The notes under the pieces: generated by a model
Databases searched by the model: none
The model's input: only the letters and a program-made list of their open reading frames with translations
What the model was told of the DNA's origin: nothing
Assembly: GCA_040380835.1 (NCBI GenBank)
Contig: JBEIIK010000002.1
Span: forward strand, 1,570 to 65,569
From: Ignavibacteria bacterium
GTDB lineage: Bacteria > Bacteroidota > Ignavibacteria > Kapaibacteriales > Kapaibacteriaceae
Reading direction: 5' to 3'
Length of the DNA stretch: 64,000 nucleotides
Part shown: one piece after another, positions 9,342-18,676 of the stretch
How the letters are laid out: every line of letters begins with the position of its first letter
Numbering within the stretch: position 1 is the stretch's first letter
Program-made: the position numbers and the translations under genes

Positions 9342-9673
9342 TCCTTCTTGGCGTCGATCACTGTTGGAGCCTGACGCGGCGGAACAAGGCCAAGCCGCTC
9401 CTGGGCTATACGTGTAATACGCTGTGCCGATTGCAACCGGTAGGTCTCGGTCTTGAGTGTTTCGTTTACGGCTTTGAGAGAATCAATGCGTTTACTGACA
9501 AGCTCCTTATGCTCGAGCAGCTTGCGGACACTGATAACATTGCTTACATACAGAAACGTGAACATCGCACTGACGATCAGCAGGGCAAAGAAACTCCACC
9601 GGTTCAGCAGATTTCTCTGCTGCGCTATCTGCGGTGACTCGTTAACCGGAGTCTGTGGTTCAGCCGGCATCAT
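9338..9673 (-). CDS. ftsL: FtsL-like cell division protein (septum formation initiator family).
   Basis: 111 aa, single TM 'WSFFALLIVSAMFTFLYVS' followed by a coiled-coil/leucine-zipper-like segment. ATGA-coupled to the PBP gene in the canonical ftsL-ftsI order. Confidence 0.55.
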   Translation of the reverse strand: MMPAEPQTPVNESPQIAQQRNLLNRWSFFALLIVSAMFTFLYVSNVISVRKLLEHKELVSKRIDSLKAVNETLKTETYRLQSAQRITRIAQERLGLVPPRQAPTVIDAKKE

Positions 9674-11781
9674 CGCACCTCGGCACCGGGTCCAATGGCA
9701 ACGTCAAGGGGCGAGACCAGCGTCAGCTTGCCGTCGGCATTCGAGGCTGCCAGCACCATACCCTGTGACTCCATACCCATGAGCTTGGCCGGCTTGAGGT
9801 TTGCCACCACAACGATGGTCTTGCCGACAACATCCTCCGGAGCATAATGCTTGGCGATGCCGGCCAGGATCTGACGCTTCTCAGCGCCAAGATCAACCTG
9901 AAGACGCAGCAGCTTCTCGGACTTTGGCACGCGCTCTGCCTCGAGCACCACGGCCGTACGAAGTTTGACGGTGCCGAACTGATCAATGCCGATGAGACCA
10001 TCATCAGCCCCCTGCTCATCTCCCTTCGGTGCTGCAGCAGATGAAGAGGCAGCCTCGGCAGCACCAAGCTTCGTTACTTCACGTTCCACAATGTCATTCT
10101 CGATTTTAGTAAAGAGGATTACCGGTTCGGCAAGGGGCGAACCAGCCGCAAGAACATGACGGGCCGACTGCATCCACACGTCATAGCCCTGGACGCTTTG
10201 TCCGGGCGCGCCGGTTGTGAGGGCAGCACCAAGCATCGTCTGCATCGATGCTGCAGCCTCAGGACAGAAAGGCGCAAAGGCAACCGACAGGGTGCGGATG
10301 GTCTGCAGGCACACGTTCATCGTAAGGGCACAGTCTTCGGGGTTCTCCTTAATGCTCTTCCACGGTGCCTTGTCGTTGAAGTATTTATTGGCAGCCCGGG
10401 CAATGTTCATCGCCTCGGTAGCCGCATCACGGAAGCGGAAAGCATCGAGGCTGGCGGCCACAGCTTGCAGACCCTCGGCAACGGAGGCAGATAGGGCGTG
10501 CTCGTGATCTCCCGGCTCCGCGCCGGATGGGATCAACGGCACACTGCCACCGAAGTTCTTGTGCGCAAAGGTCATCACACGGTTGACGTAGTTGCCCAGA
10601 ATGGCCGCGAGCTCATTGTTGGTGCGCGCCTGAAAGTCCCGCCACGTAAAGTCACTATCCTTGGTCTCCGGCATGTTCATCGTCAGCACGTAGCGCGCAA
10701 TGTCGATATGCTGCCGCTCCGGAAACGCCTGCAGATACTGCTGAACGTCAATGGCCCAGTTCCTTGACTTCGAGAACTTGCGTCCCTCGAGGTTGAGAAA
10801 CTCATTAGCCGGAACATTTTTCGGCAGGATGTACTCTTCGTCAGAACGGGTCGAAAGCAGAATCGGGAAGATGATCGTATGGAAGACGATGTTGTCTTTG
10901 CCAAGAAACGCCGTGTACTCGGTCTCGGCATCACACCACCACGTGCGCCATGCATCGGATTTACCCTCGTTGCTGGCCCATTGCCTGGTGATGCTGATGT
11001 AGCCCAGCACGGCCTCAAACCAGACGTAAAGCACCTTGCCTTCGGCCGAATCGACAGGCACCGGAATGCCCCACGACATATCGCGTGTGGCCGAACGGGG
11101 TGCAAGACCCTGCTTAAGCCAGGAGCGCGACTGCTGAAGGACGTTATCCTTCCAGTCGCCGGCGTGTGATTCGATGTAGTTCTCGCACCACTGCTGAAAT
11201 GCGTCCAGCCGGAAGTACCAGTGCGTTGTCTTACGGACAAGCGGCGTCTTTCCAGTGATCAGCGAACGCGGCGACTTCAGGTCCAGCTGGTCATAGTATG
11301 CCCCGCAGGAGTCACACTGATCGCCACGAGCCTTGTCATATCCACAGTTCGGGCAGACACCCTCTACATATCGATCAGGAAGAAACATCGCCGCTTCTTC
11401 GTCGTAGAACTGGTCGTCTTCCTTCTGTTCAAGAAGCCCCTTTTCCTTCCATACCAGGAAGAACTCGCGAGCCGTTTCTGCATGAATGGGGCTTGAAGTG
11501 CGGCCGTAGAGATCAAAGACAATGTCGAGCCCCTTCAGGGCCGCATCATTGGCATTGTGATAGCGGTCAATGACCGTCTGCGGCGGGACACCTTCCTTTT
11601 CAGCAGCGATGGTGATGGCCACACCATGTTCGTCGGAACCACAAATGGACAGCGTGTCGCGTCCACGCAGGCGGCAGTACCGGGCATAGATGTCTGCCGG
11701 CAGTGTCGATCCGACCACGTTGCCAAGGTGCGTTACGCCGCTGGCATACGGCAGAGCTGAGGTTATGAGGTAGCGCTTCAC
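9670..11781 (-). CDS. metG: Methionyl-tRNA synthetase with a C-terminal EMAP/Trbp111-like tRNA-binding domain.
   Basis: 'ITSALPYASGVTHLGNV' HIGH region, zinc knuckle 'CPNCGYDKARGDQCDSCG', 'KFSKSR' KMSKS motif, C-terminal 'VGKTIVVVANLKPAKLMGMESQGMVLAA'. The track ORF (to 11940) has no ATG. A GTG at 11781 gives 'VKRYLITSALPY', which is the canonical MetRS N-terminus. Confidence 0.9.
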   Translation of the reverse strand: MKRYLITSALPYASGVTHLGNVVGSTLPADIYARYCRLRGRDTLSICGSDEHGVAITIAAEKEGVPPQTVIDRYHNANDAALKGLDIVFDLYGRTSSPIHAETAREFFLVWKEKGLLEQKEDDQFYDEEAAMFLPDRYVEGVCPNCGYDKARGDQCDSCGAYYDQLDLKSPRSLITGKTPLVRKTTHWYFRLDAFQQWCENYIESHAGDWKDNVLQQSRSWLKQGLAPRSATRDMSWGIPVPVDSAEGKVLYVWFEAVLGYISITRQWASNEGKSDAWRTWWCDAETEYTAFLGKDNIVFHTIIFPILLSTRSDEEYILPKNVPANEFLNLEGRKFSKSRNWAIDVQQYLQAFPERQHIDIARYVLTMNMPETKDSDFTWRDFQARTNNELAAILGNYVNRVMTFAHKNFGGSVPLIPSGAEPGDHEHALSASVAEGLQAVAASLDAFRFRDAATEAMNIARAANKYFNDKAPWKSIKENPEDCALTMNVCLQTIRTLSVAFAPFCPEAAASMQTMLGAALTTGAPGQSVQGYDVWMQSARHVLAAGSPLAEPVILFTKIENDIVEREVTKLGAAEAASSSAAAPKGDEQGADDGLIGIDQFGTVKLRTAVVLEAERVPKSEKLLRLQVDLGAEKRQILAGIAKHYAPEDVVGKTIVVVANLKPAKLMGMESQGMVLAASNADGKLTLVSPLDVAIGPGAEVR

Positions 11782-11825
11782 GGCGCAATTTACGGCTGGC
11801 AGGCTTGGCTTTGCTAAGAGGCACT

Positions 11826-11976
11826 CGCTGCGCTCGTGAGACACCTTCGGTGAGACACGGCTGCGCCGTGGGACACCTGCGGTGGGACACTTCGTGGGAC
11901 ATTCGCTTCGCTCATGGGACACGGCTGCGCCGTGGGACACTCCACGAGAAGAAACCTCACACCTGAAACCTCACAC
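11826..11976. repeat. Intergenic repeat array: seven copies of GTGRGACAC (minus strand GTGTCYCAC) at 12-20 bp spacing, followed by 2.4 copies of a 14-bp tandem repeat (AACCTCACACCTGA).
   Basis: Read directly. 9-mers at 11826, 11840, 11858, 11872, 11884, 11904 and 11922. The 18-mer 'cggctgcgccgtgggacac' occurs twice. 14-mer tandem at 11943-11976. Confidence 0.7.
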
Positions 11977-11995
11977 CTGAAACCTGCGCTGGTGG

Positions 11996-12547
11996 CTACT
12001 CGTACATCACAATGTCCGACGCCACGCGCCGGGCGGCTTTGTCGCTGGCGATACGATTAAGCAGGGCCAGCGCGAATTCTAGAGCGGTGCCGGCACCGCG
12101 GCTGGTGATGATCTGTCCATCAGATGCCACGCGGTCGAGCGTATAGGCATAACCCGAAAACACATTTGCCACACCGGGATGTGACGTAACAACGGCATTC
12201 TCGGGCAGCAGCTTGTACTCGTGCAGCACGGTGGGAGCGGCACAGATGGCGCCGATCAGGCACTTGGCGGCGGCATGGCGTCGCAGTATGGATTCCAGGG
12301 CGGTATTGCGCGTGAAGTTGCTTACACCCTGCGAGCCCCCTGGCAATACGACAGCATCGAAACTCTCATCGTCACCGATATCATCGATCATCACATCGGG
12401 CAGCATCCGTGTTCCCCAGGCACACACCACCACGTCACCGTCACCGGCTACTACCACGTCGCAACCTCCGCGGCGCAGCACGTCGATGATGGCGACGGCT
12501 TCGAGTTCTTCGGTGCCGTTAGAAATGGGGACAAGGACCTTGGGCAT
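11996..12547 (-). CDS. DJ-1/PfpI (ThiJ) family protein.
   Basis: 'MPKVLVPISNGTEELEAVAIIDVLRRGG' and nucleophile-elbow 'LIGAICAAP'. 183 aa. Confidence 0.8.
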   Translation of the reverse strand: MPKVLVPISNGTEELEAVAIIDVLRRGGCDVVVAGDGDVVVCAWGTRMLPDVMIDDIGDDESFDAVVLPGGSQGVSNFTRNTALESILRRHAAAKCLIGAICAAPTVLHEYKLLPENAVVTSHPGVANVFSGYAYTLDRVASDGQIITSRGAGTALEFALALLNRIASDKAARRVASDIVMYE

Positions 12548-12561
12548 GGATTATCTCTCCG

Positions 12562-13047
12562 TTATTCGTGTTGGGCTTCATGGGTTGCCGTTGGCGTCGT
12601 GCCGAGGTCCGGACGGCGAATCTTACCGCCTTCGTGACCCGTTCGTGCGGCCTGCGCGAAAGCAACCATGGCCATGATAACAAACGCCAGTGCGATCTTC
12701 GATGAGATCTTCATGTTCCGGGCATGCGTAATGACTGCACCAAGGGCCAGAGCCCCGGAGATCAGCGTGAACCAAAGGGATAGCTCGGCCATTTCCTCAT
12801 GTTCATGGATCGCCCCCTCATTGATACCCGCAATGTGCTCGACGCGTTCCTCAGCTTCTTCGCCGCTGAGATACGCCGGTATGGCTATCATGGCCATCGC
12901 AGCATAGACGACCAGACCGGTGGAGATTGCCGCATCACTTCGGCGGATCATTCCCACGATCACCACCAGGAGGGCCGCAAAGGTTCCTACGATCGGTACG
13001 TGGTTCGTTAGCAAGTGCAGTTGCAAAGCGTCCATGATCATTCCCAT
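12562..13047 (-). CDS. Hypothetical integral membrane protein.
   Basis: Four predicted hydrophobic helices. No recognisable motif. Confidence 0.45.
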   Translation of the reverse strand: MGMIMDALQLHLLTNHVPIVGTFAALLVVIVGMIRRSDAAISTGLVVYAAMAMIAIPAYLSGEEAEERVEHIAGINEGAIHEHEEMAELSLWFTLISGALALGAVITHARNMKISSKIALAFVIMAMVAFAQAARTGHEGGKIRRPDLGTTPTATHEAQHE

Positions 13048-14579
13048 TCGATAGTGGCAGGGGGCTTGGAGGAGATGTCGTACACAACGCGGTTGATACC
13101 GCGCACTTCGTTGATGATGCGGTTGCTGATGCGAGCCAGCACCTTGTACGGCATGTGATACCAGTCAGCCGTCATGCCGTCTGTGCTGGTCACGGCACGG
13201 ATGCCACAGACGTGCTCATAGGTGCGTTCGTCTCCCATGACGCCCACGGTCTGTACCGGCAAGAGCACGGCAAAGGCCTGCCAGATCTCGTTGTAGAGTC
13301 CGGCCTGTCGGATCTCGTCGAGATAGATCTCGTCGGCATCCCTAAGAATGTCCAGCTTCTCACGGGTGATCGCTCCCGGTATGCGGATAGCCAGACCCGG
13401 ACCCGGAAACGGATGACGTTCGATGAACCAGGAGGGAATTCCAAGCTCGCGCCCGACGGCGCGAACTTCGTCTTTAAAGAGTTCACGGAACGGTTCGATG
13501 AGCTGCAAGTTCATCGTCTCCGGAAGTCCACCCACGTTGTGGTGTGTCTTGATGGTAGCAGACGGGCCTTTGATGCTGACAGATTCGATAACATCCGGGT
13601 AGAGGGTTCCCTGGGCCAGGAACTTGGCATCGGAGAACTTCTTGGCTTCGACTTCGAACAGATCGATGAACGTGGTACCGATGATCTTCCTCTTGCGCTC
13701 GGGGTCGCTCACGCCGTCGAGTCGAGAAAGGAACAGCTCTGAACCGTCAACAAGATCTACGCTCATGTTGAAGTGCGTGCGGAACAACTCGATGATGTTC
13801 GCGCTTTCCCCCTTACGCATCACGCCACTGTCGATGTGAATGCAGTGCAGCTGATCGCCGATTGCCCGGTGCAGCAGAACGGCAGCAACCGTGGAGTCGA
13901 CCCCGCCGCTAAGCGCACAGATCACGCCACCGTCACCGACGCGCTGGCGGATCTCAGCCACGGCGCTGTCGATGAACGACGTGGCATTCCAAGTGGCCGA
14001 ACAGCCGCAGATATCGATAACGAAGTTCTTCAGGATCGCCTTTCCATCCACACTGTGATGCACTTCAGGATGGAACTGCACACCCCAGATGCGACGCTCG
14101 CGGTTGCGGATGGCGCAGATCTCGGCATTCTCGGTGTGAGCTATGCGCTCGAAGCCCGTTGGCATCGATGTGCAGTGGTCGCCATGACTCATCCATACCT
14201 GCGTGGAGGAATCAAGCCCCTTGAAGAGATCTGCAAAGTCATCGACGTGCAGCATCGCACGGCCAAACTCACGTCGGGCGGCCTTATCGACAGAGCCTCC
14301 GAGCTGATGGGCGATAAGTTGCAGACCATAGCAGATGCCCAGTACCGGCACGCCGAACGCAAAGACATCGACGCTCGGAATAGGAGCACCCTCGGCGTAC
14401 ACGCTTGAGGGTCCGCCCGAGAGAATGATGCCCTTCGGCGCAAGCGCCGTCAGTGCCTCGTGAGAAATACTGTAGGGATGGATCTCTGCATATACACCCG
14501 CCTCGCGAACCTTGCGCGCGATGATCTGTGTGTACTGCGATCCGAAATCGAGAATGATGATGCGCTCTGCGTGGGTCAT
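13038..14579 (-). CDS. guaA: GMP synthase (glutamine-hydrolysing).
   Basis: Type-1 glutamine amidotransferase N-terminus '[20 protein letters not shown]', catalytic 'GICYG', ATP-PPase 'SGGVDSTV', C-terminal dimerisation domain. Start set at '[10 protein letters not shown]' rather than the track start 14615. Confidence 0.9.
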   Translation of the reverse strand: MTHAERIIILDFGSQYTQIIARKVREAGVYAEIHPYSISHEALTALAPKGIILSGGPSSVYAEGAPIPSVDVFAFGVPVLGICYGLQLIAHQLGGSVDKAARREFGRAMLHVDDFADLFKGLDSSTQVWMSHGDHCTSMPTGFERIAHTENAEICAIRNRERRIWGVQFHPEVHHSVDGKAILKNFVIDICGCSATWNATSFIDSAVAEIRQRVGDGGVICALSGGVDSTVAAVLLHRAIGDQLHCIHIDSGVMRKGESANIIELFRTHFNMSVDLVDGSELFLSRLDGVSDPERKRKIIGTTFIDLFEVEAKKFSDAKFLAQGTLYPDVIESVSIKGPSATIKTHHNVGGLPETMNLQLIEPFRELFKDEVRAVGRELGIPSWFIERHPFPGPGLAIRIPGAITREKLDILRDADEIYLDEIRQAGLYNEIWQAFAVLLPVQTVGVMGDERTYEHVCGIRAVTSTDGMTADWYHMPYKVLARISNRIINEVRGINRVVYDISSKPPATIEWE

Positions 14580-14611
14580 GGCGGCAAAGTTACCACGCAT
14601 GCCCGAAGCGA

Positions 14612-15883
14612 TCATCCGACGCGGTAGTCCTCAACGTAGTCGAGGTCCTTGCCGTAGGTCTCTTTCATCGTGGCCCAGCCGATCAGAGCAAGCCCCAGGG
14701 TAACGGCTCCGACGATGACAGCCGCACTGGCAAGGGGCTCACCAGGCAGAATGTGGTCCGTTCCCTGTCGTAGTGACTTAAAGGCCACCAGCGCCGGAAA
14801 CAAGGCCCCACGCACGATGTTGGGGATGGTTGTGGCAACGGTTGCGCGAAGGTTCGTACCGAATTGTTCGGCGGCCGTGGTCACAAAGACAGCCCAGTAG
14901 CCAACGGCAAATCCGAGAAGACCGGTCTGGAGATAGGTCATTTCGGCCGTGCGACCCGGTGTGGTGAGATACCATGCGACGATGGCGGCGGTCAGGATCA
15001 GAAACAGAAGCACCGTGCGACGTCGGCTTTTCAGTAACTGGCTAACCACCCCCGAGACAAGGTCGCCGGCAGCCAGTCCAACATAGCACCACATCACGGC
15101 CTGACCCGCGGACACGTCCGTGGCGCCCCCTGACTCGCGCGTGAACTCCGGTGCAAACGTCACCAGGATTCCGATGACGAACCAGATCGGCAGTCCAATG
15201 GCAACACTGCTGAGGTATCGCGGCAGACGACTGCGGGTGAAGATCATACCGATGTTCCCACGAGCAACTGGAGCATCCTCAAGACGCTTGAACATCCCCG
15301 ACTCATGTACGCGCACACGTGTGGCAAGCAGGGCAAGCCCCATCACTCCGCCAATGACAAAGGCCGTCCGCCAGTCCGTAAACTCATGGACGATGTATGC
15401 ACCCACGGCACCCAGAATGCCCATCGAGGCAACGATCGTGGTGCCATAGCCGCGGGAGTGCTTTGGCATCACCTCACTAACCAGCGTAACGGCTACGCCG
15501 AGTTCGCCGGCAAGTCCGATACCAGAGAAGAACCGGAAGACCGCATACATTTCAACGCTGCTAACGAAGGCGTTGGCGATGTTCATGAGCGAGTACATCA
15601 GAATGCTACCCATGAGCACGCTAAGACGTCCGCGCTTGTCGGCAAGAGCTCCGAAGATCAGTCCGCCAGCCAGCATACCGATCATCTGGGCATTGAGGAT
15701 CATCTCGCTGGCACCCATGATCTGTTCCTGCGTGACCAGGCCGATATCGCGGAGCGAATCCGGACGCACGATTGAGAAGAGGATCAGGTCATAGATATCG
15801 ACAAAGTACCCGAGACCCGATACGAGAACGGTCAGCCAGATACGCCGGTCGGTATCGGGTGATGATGTCTGGTGTGATCGCAT
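14612..15883 (-). CDS. MFS transporter.
   Basis: 12-TM profile. Motif-A-like 'GALADKRGR'. Start set at '[10 protein letters not shown]' so that it does not overlap the convergent cdd gene. Confidence 0.75.
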   Translation of the reverse strand: MRSHQTSSPDTDRRIWLTVLVSGLGYFVDIYDLILFSIVRPDSLRDIGLVTQEQIMGASEMILNAQMIGMLAGGLIFGALADKRGRLSVLMGSILMYSLMNIANAFVSSVEMYAVFRFFSGIGLAGELGVAVTLVSEVMPKHSRGYGTTIVASMGILGAVGAYIVHEFTDWRTAFVIGGVMGLALLATRVRVHESGMFKRLEDAPVARGNIGMIFTRSRLPRYLSSVAIGLPIWFVIGILVTFAPEFTRESGGATDVSAGQAVMWCYVGLAAGDLVSGVVSQLLKSRRRTVLLFLILTAAIVAWYLTTPGRTAEMTYLQTGLLGFAVGYWAVFVTTAAEQFGTNLRATVATTIPNIVRGALFPALVAFKSLRQGTDHILPGEPLASAAVIVGAVTLGLALIGWATMKETYGKDLDYVEDYRVG

Positions 15884-15902
15884 GTGATGCAATGTGCGTT
15901 GG

Positions 15903-16316
15903 TTACAAAGAATGCGGTCCGAAAGCCTGCGGTAACAAGTCGTCCAGTCGGTGCCAGGCATCGTTGCGCTCAAGAGTGGTACTGAGGACATCCATCGTCG
16001 GATTACACTCGCTCAATACCTGACGGCACGCGCCGCACGGCGAAACAGGACCCGGCGTATCCGTCACCACAACGCACAGCACAATGTCACGACGGCCGCA
16101 GGCCGTTGCTGCGGCTACGGCCGCGCGCTCCGCGCAATTGGTCAGTCCGTAGCTTGCATTCTCAACGTTGCAGCCAACATGGATACCACCATCGGCATCG
16201 ACCAGGGCCGCACCAACGAGAAACCGCGAGTAGGGTGCATAGGCGTTCTCTCGGACGCTCATGGCTGACTCGATGGCTCGACGGAGGGTTTCTTCGGAAA
16301 CGCGTAACGAGATCAT
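15903..16316 (-). CDS. cdd: Cytidine deaminase.
   Basis: Zinc motifs 'CAERAAV' and 'PCGACRQVL'. 137 aa. Confidence 0.85.
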   Translation of the reverse strand: MISLRVSEETLRRAIESAMSVRENAYAPYSRFLVGAALVDADGGIHVGCNVENASYGLTNCAERAAVAAATACGRRDIVLCVVVTDTPGPVSPCGACRQVLSECNPTMDVLSTTLERNDAWHRLDDLLPQAFGPHSL

Positions 16317-16330
16317 CGCCGAAACTACGT

Positions 16331-17215
16331 ATGGAATTCACACAACGACTCCTTGATTGGTACGCCGAAACGGCACGTCCCTTTCCATGGCGATCTGCAA
16401 GACCCGATGGCTACACGGTGCTGGTGTCAGAAATAATGCTGCAGCAAACGCAGGCCTCACGTGTGGCCGAGCTCCTGCCTCCGTTCATGAAGGCCTTCCC
16501 CAGCATTGGCCATCTGGCCCGTGCATCGAACGCCGATGTTCTACTGCGTTGGAAAGGGCTTGGATACAACTCTCGTGCTCTTCGGCTTCGTGATGCTGCC
16601 CGCGCTATCGTTGAGCATCATGGCAGTGTTGTTCCATCGCAACCGGATGTACTGCGCACGCTGCCGGGCATTGGTCCGTATACGTCGGCAGCGATCGCCT
16701 GCTTTACCTATGATGTCTGGACGGTGGTGCTGGATGTAAATGTGCGTCGCGTGTACTCTCGATGGATGCGCCGCCAGGCCACAACATCAGATGTTGTATC
16801 GGATGCCGATCTCAAACTGTTCGCGCAGACACTCATTCCATCTGAAGCTCCCTCCACATGGCATCACGCCGTAATGGACCTTGGCGCAACTGTCTGCAGA
16901 GCGCGAAAACCCACCTGTTCTCAATGCCCGCTTTCAGAGATATGCCCTTCTGCCGGAGCGATGCAGGAGACGGTTCGCACACGCCGTCCGGAGCCGCTGT
17001 TCCGCGCAGAACCGCGTCGACTCTGGAGGGGGCGAGTGGTGGAGTTGCTACGAAGCGCCGGCGTTAACGGGCTGACGCGTTCATCGCTGATTGAGAAACT
17101 CCTTGGACGTACGACCAGCGATGCCGAGCTACAGTGGCTGGATGAGCTGGTGGTAATGCTTGAGCGCGACGGCCTGGTGTCGCGCAAGGGGCCACGTATC
17201 AGTCTGGCTGATTGA
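16331..17215 (+). CDS. mutY: HhH-GPD base-excision DNA glycosylase, MutY-like (A/G-specific adenine glycosylase).
   Basis: 'WYAETARPFPWR...PYTVLVSEIMLQQTQ', HhH 'LPGIGPYTSAAI', 4Fe-4S loop 'CRARKPTCSQCPLSEIC'. The track ORF starts at 16106 inside cdd; the internal ATG at 16331 ('MEFTQRLLDWY') was used. The C-terminal domain is short, so an Nth-like assignment is not excluded. Confidence 0.7.
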   Translation: MEFTQRLLDWYAETARPFPWRSARPDGYTVLVSEIMLQQTQASRVAELLPPFMKAFPSIGHLARASNADVLLRWKGLGYNSRALRLRDAARAIVEHHGSVVPSQPDVLRTLPGIGPYTSAAIACFTYDVWTVVLDVNVRRVYSRWMRRQATTSDVVSDADLKLFAQTLIPSEAPSTWHHAVMDLGATVCRARKPTCSQCPLSEICPSAGAMQETVRTRRPEPLFRAEPRRLWRGRVVELLRSAGVNGLTRSSLIEKLLGRTTSDAELQWLDELVVMLERDGLVSRKGPRISLAD

Positions 17216-18491
17216 ACGTATAGGCCAAAGCGAACGTGAGGATGTTGAAGCTGCTGATGTTCAGATCGAGAGCGGCTCGCAGAGGTCCATAGTTAGCACT
17301 TGCACCTATGATGAACTTGTGGTTCACATTCTCCGTGAGAACACTTGATGTCTGCGGCCTGGTATCACCCGGACGGTCCGGAGTCGGCTTGGACTTTTCT
17401 CCCGGAGGATCCAGCGGCAGAAGCCCCAACTGAACCTGCGTTTCGTGTGGCAGAGCATACGAATAGGTAGATGTGACATCAATGTGTTCGAAGGCATAGG
17501 CGCCGTAGAGATCAAGGGCATCCCAGAGTCGCTTGCCGATCTGAACACTGAAGCTTCTAATACTTGCGTCGGCTGTGAGTTTCGACTCCGTCAGACCGAT
17601 CGTATTGGTGAGGCTTGTTCCCTGATACACGCCCTGAACAGCCATATCAAACCACCGTTCGGGGAAATACTGGCTTATGCTGTGACGCAGTCCGACACCC
17701 CAGAACGAGAAATCACCGACGTTTTCACTGAAGCGAACCGGGGGCACAAATCGCAGCAGCAGTTCCGTGCCGTAGAGCGAACCGATCTCCAGCTGCGGCA
17801 CAGCAGCCGAAATGGACGACATGTTTGCACCGGGCGGAAGCGTGAGGGACGTAGGAAGCGTGAGCTGGTTGATCAGTGAGTCAAGTACCGCTGCCTGACC
17901 CGTCTGTTGAATCAAAGCATACTCGGGGCGCTTCGCAAGAACCGCCAAAAGGTTCTGTTTGGTCGGCAGCACCACGCGATTATCAGGCATGTATCCGAAC
18001 AGAGAAGCCGCCCGGTCGGGAATCCCGAAGTAGCCTTCCTTGAGAGCATCCCGAAAGAGCTCCCGCATAAAAACACCTATCAGACCAAGCGTGTCCTCAT
18101 ATCGGTTGCCGATCTTATACGTCGCGCCACTTCCGGTTCCATAGGTCACCAGTGCCAGCAACAGATTTTCGGACTCTCCGAGGTTGAGACTTGGAGTGAA
18201 CCACCTCTGCTGTTCCGTTATCAGGCCGGCCATTCCATTGATGCTGATTCGGAAATATGGCTTGTCAACCTTTGCTGGTATATAGGCGCTGGTAAAGTAG
18301 CGGGCGTTCGAGGTTGCGTTAATGGTTGTCACCATTGGCTGCACAAACGGCACGGCGTTGCTTTCGAAGACACTCTTCATGATCGAGCGCGTTAGATCTA
18401 CGGCCAGGGGTGTCGGATATGGCTGGTCCTGACCGCGTAGCGTAGGGACTGCCAGAAGCGTCAGGGCAACAAGCAGGGAAAGGGGCTTCAT
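17199..18491 (-). CDS. Secreted or outer-membrane hypothetical protein.
   Basis: Signal peptide '...LAVPTLRG|QDQPY' (Gln +1). 430 aa. Confidence 0.5.
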   Translation of the reverse strand: MKPLSLLVALTLLAVPTLRGQDQPYPTPLAVDLTRSIMKSVFESNAVPFVQPMVTTINATSNARYFTSAYIPAKVDKPYFRISINGMAGLITEQQRWFTPSLNLGESENLLLALVTYGTGSGATYKIGNRYEDTLGLIGVFMRELFRDALKEGYFGIPDRAASLFGYMPDNRVVLPTKQNLLAVLAKRPEYALIQQTGQAAVLDSLINQLTLPTSLTLPPGANMSSISAAVPQLEIGSLYGTELLLRFVPPVRFSENVGDFSFWGVGLRHSISQYFPERWFDMAVQGVYQGTSLTNTIGLTESKLTADASIRSFSVQIGKRLWDALDLYGAYAFEHIDVTSTYSYALPHETQVQLGLLPLDPPGEKSKPTPDRPGDTRPQTSSVLTENVNHKFIIGASANYGPLRAALDLNISSFNILTFALAYTFNQPD

Positions 18492-18676
18492 CGGGATGAG
18501 GAAAGGCGATTACGAATGAGGAAGTACAGTGGCAGAGCGATCACAGCAATCGCAATGAGCTTGAACATTGCAAATGTCACAGCAAAGAGCATGCCCAGCA
18601 GCCAGGCCAGCACCTTATACAGCACATAGGCTATTCCGATAGAGGCCAGGATGGCAAGGATGTTCTTCAGGTTCAT
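18488..18676 (-). CDS. Small (62 aa) two-TM membrane protein, translationally coupled on both sides.
   Basis: 4-bp overlaps with the upstream GT4 gene and the downstream secreted-protein gene. Entirely hydrophobic. Confidence 0.4.
   Translation of the reverse strand: MNLKNILAILASIGIAYVLYKVLAWLLGMLFAVTFAMFKLIAIAVIALPLYFLIRNRLSSSR

Noticed and set aside
11782-11940. Long N-terminal extension of metG in the ORF table ('MSHGAAVSHERSEC...').
   Set aside because: It has no ATG and is encoded entirely by the GTGRGACAC repeat array. The canonical MetRS N-terminus begins at the GTG at 11781.
11826-11976. Possible CRISPR array.
   Set aside because: Repeats are only 9 bp with 3-11 bp spacers, far below CRISPR repeat and spacer sizes. 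There are no cas genes.
13155-14408. Plus-strand ORFs (195 aa, 211 aa) inside guaA, and similar ones inside the MFS gene (15305-15775), the GT4 gene (18688-19551), the E1 gene (39655-40365), the mutase genes (44216-45007, 49247-49852) and the 52232-53209 gene (52325-53047).
   Set aside because: All are antisense to genes with clear family signatures. None has motifs or plausible signal peptides.
16106-16330. Extended mutY start inside the cdd gene.
   Set aside because: The extension is Arg/His-rich and overlaps cdd on the opposite strand. The conserved MutY N-terminus begins at the ATG at 16331.
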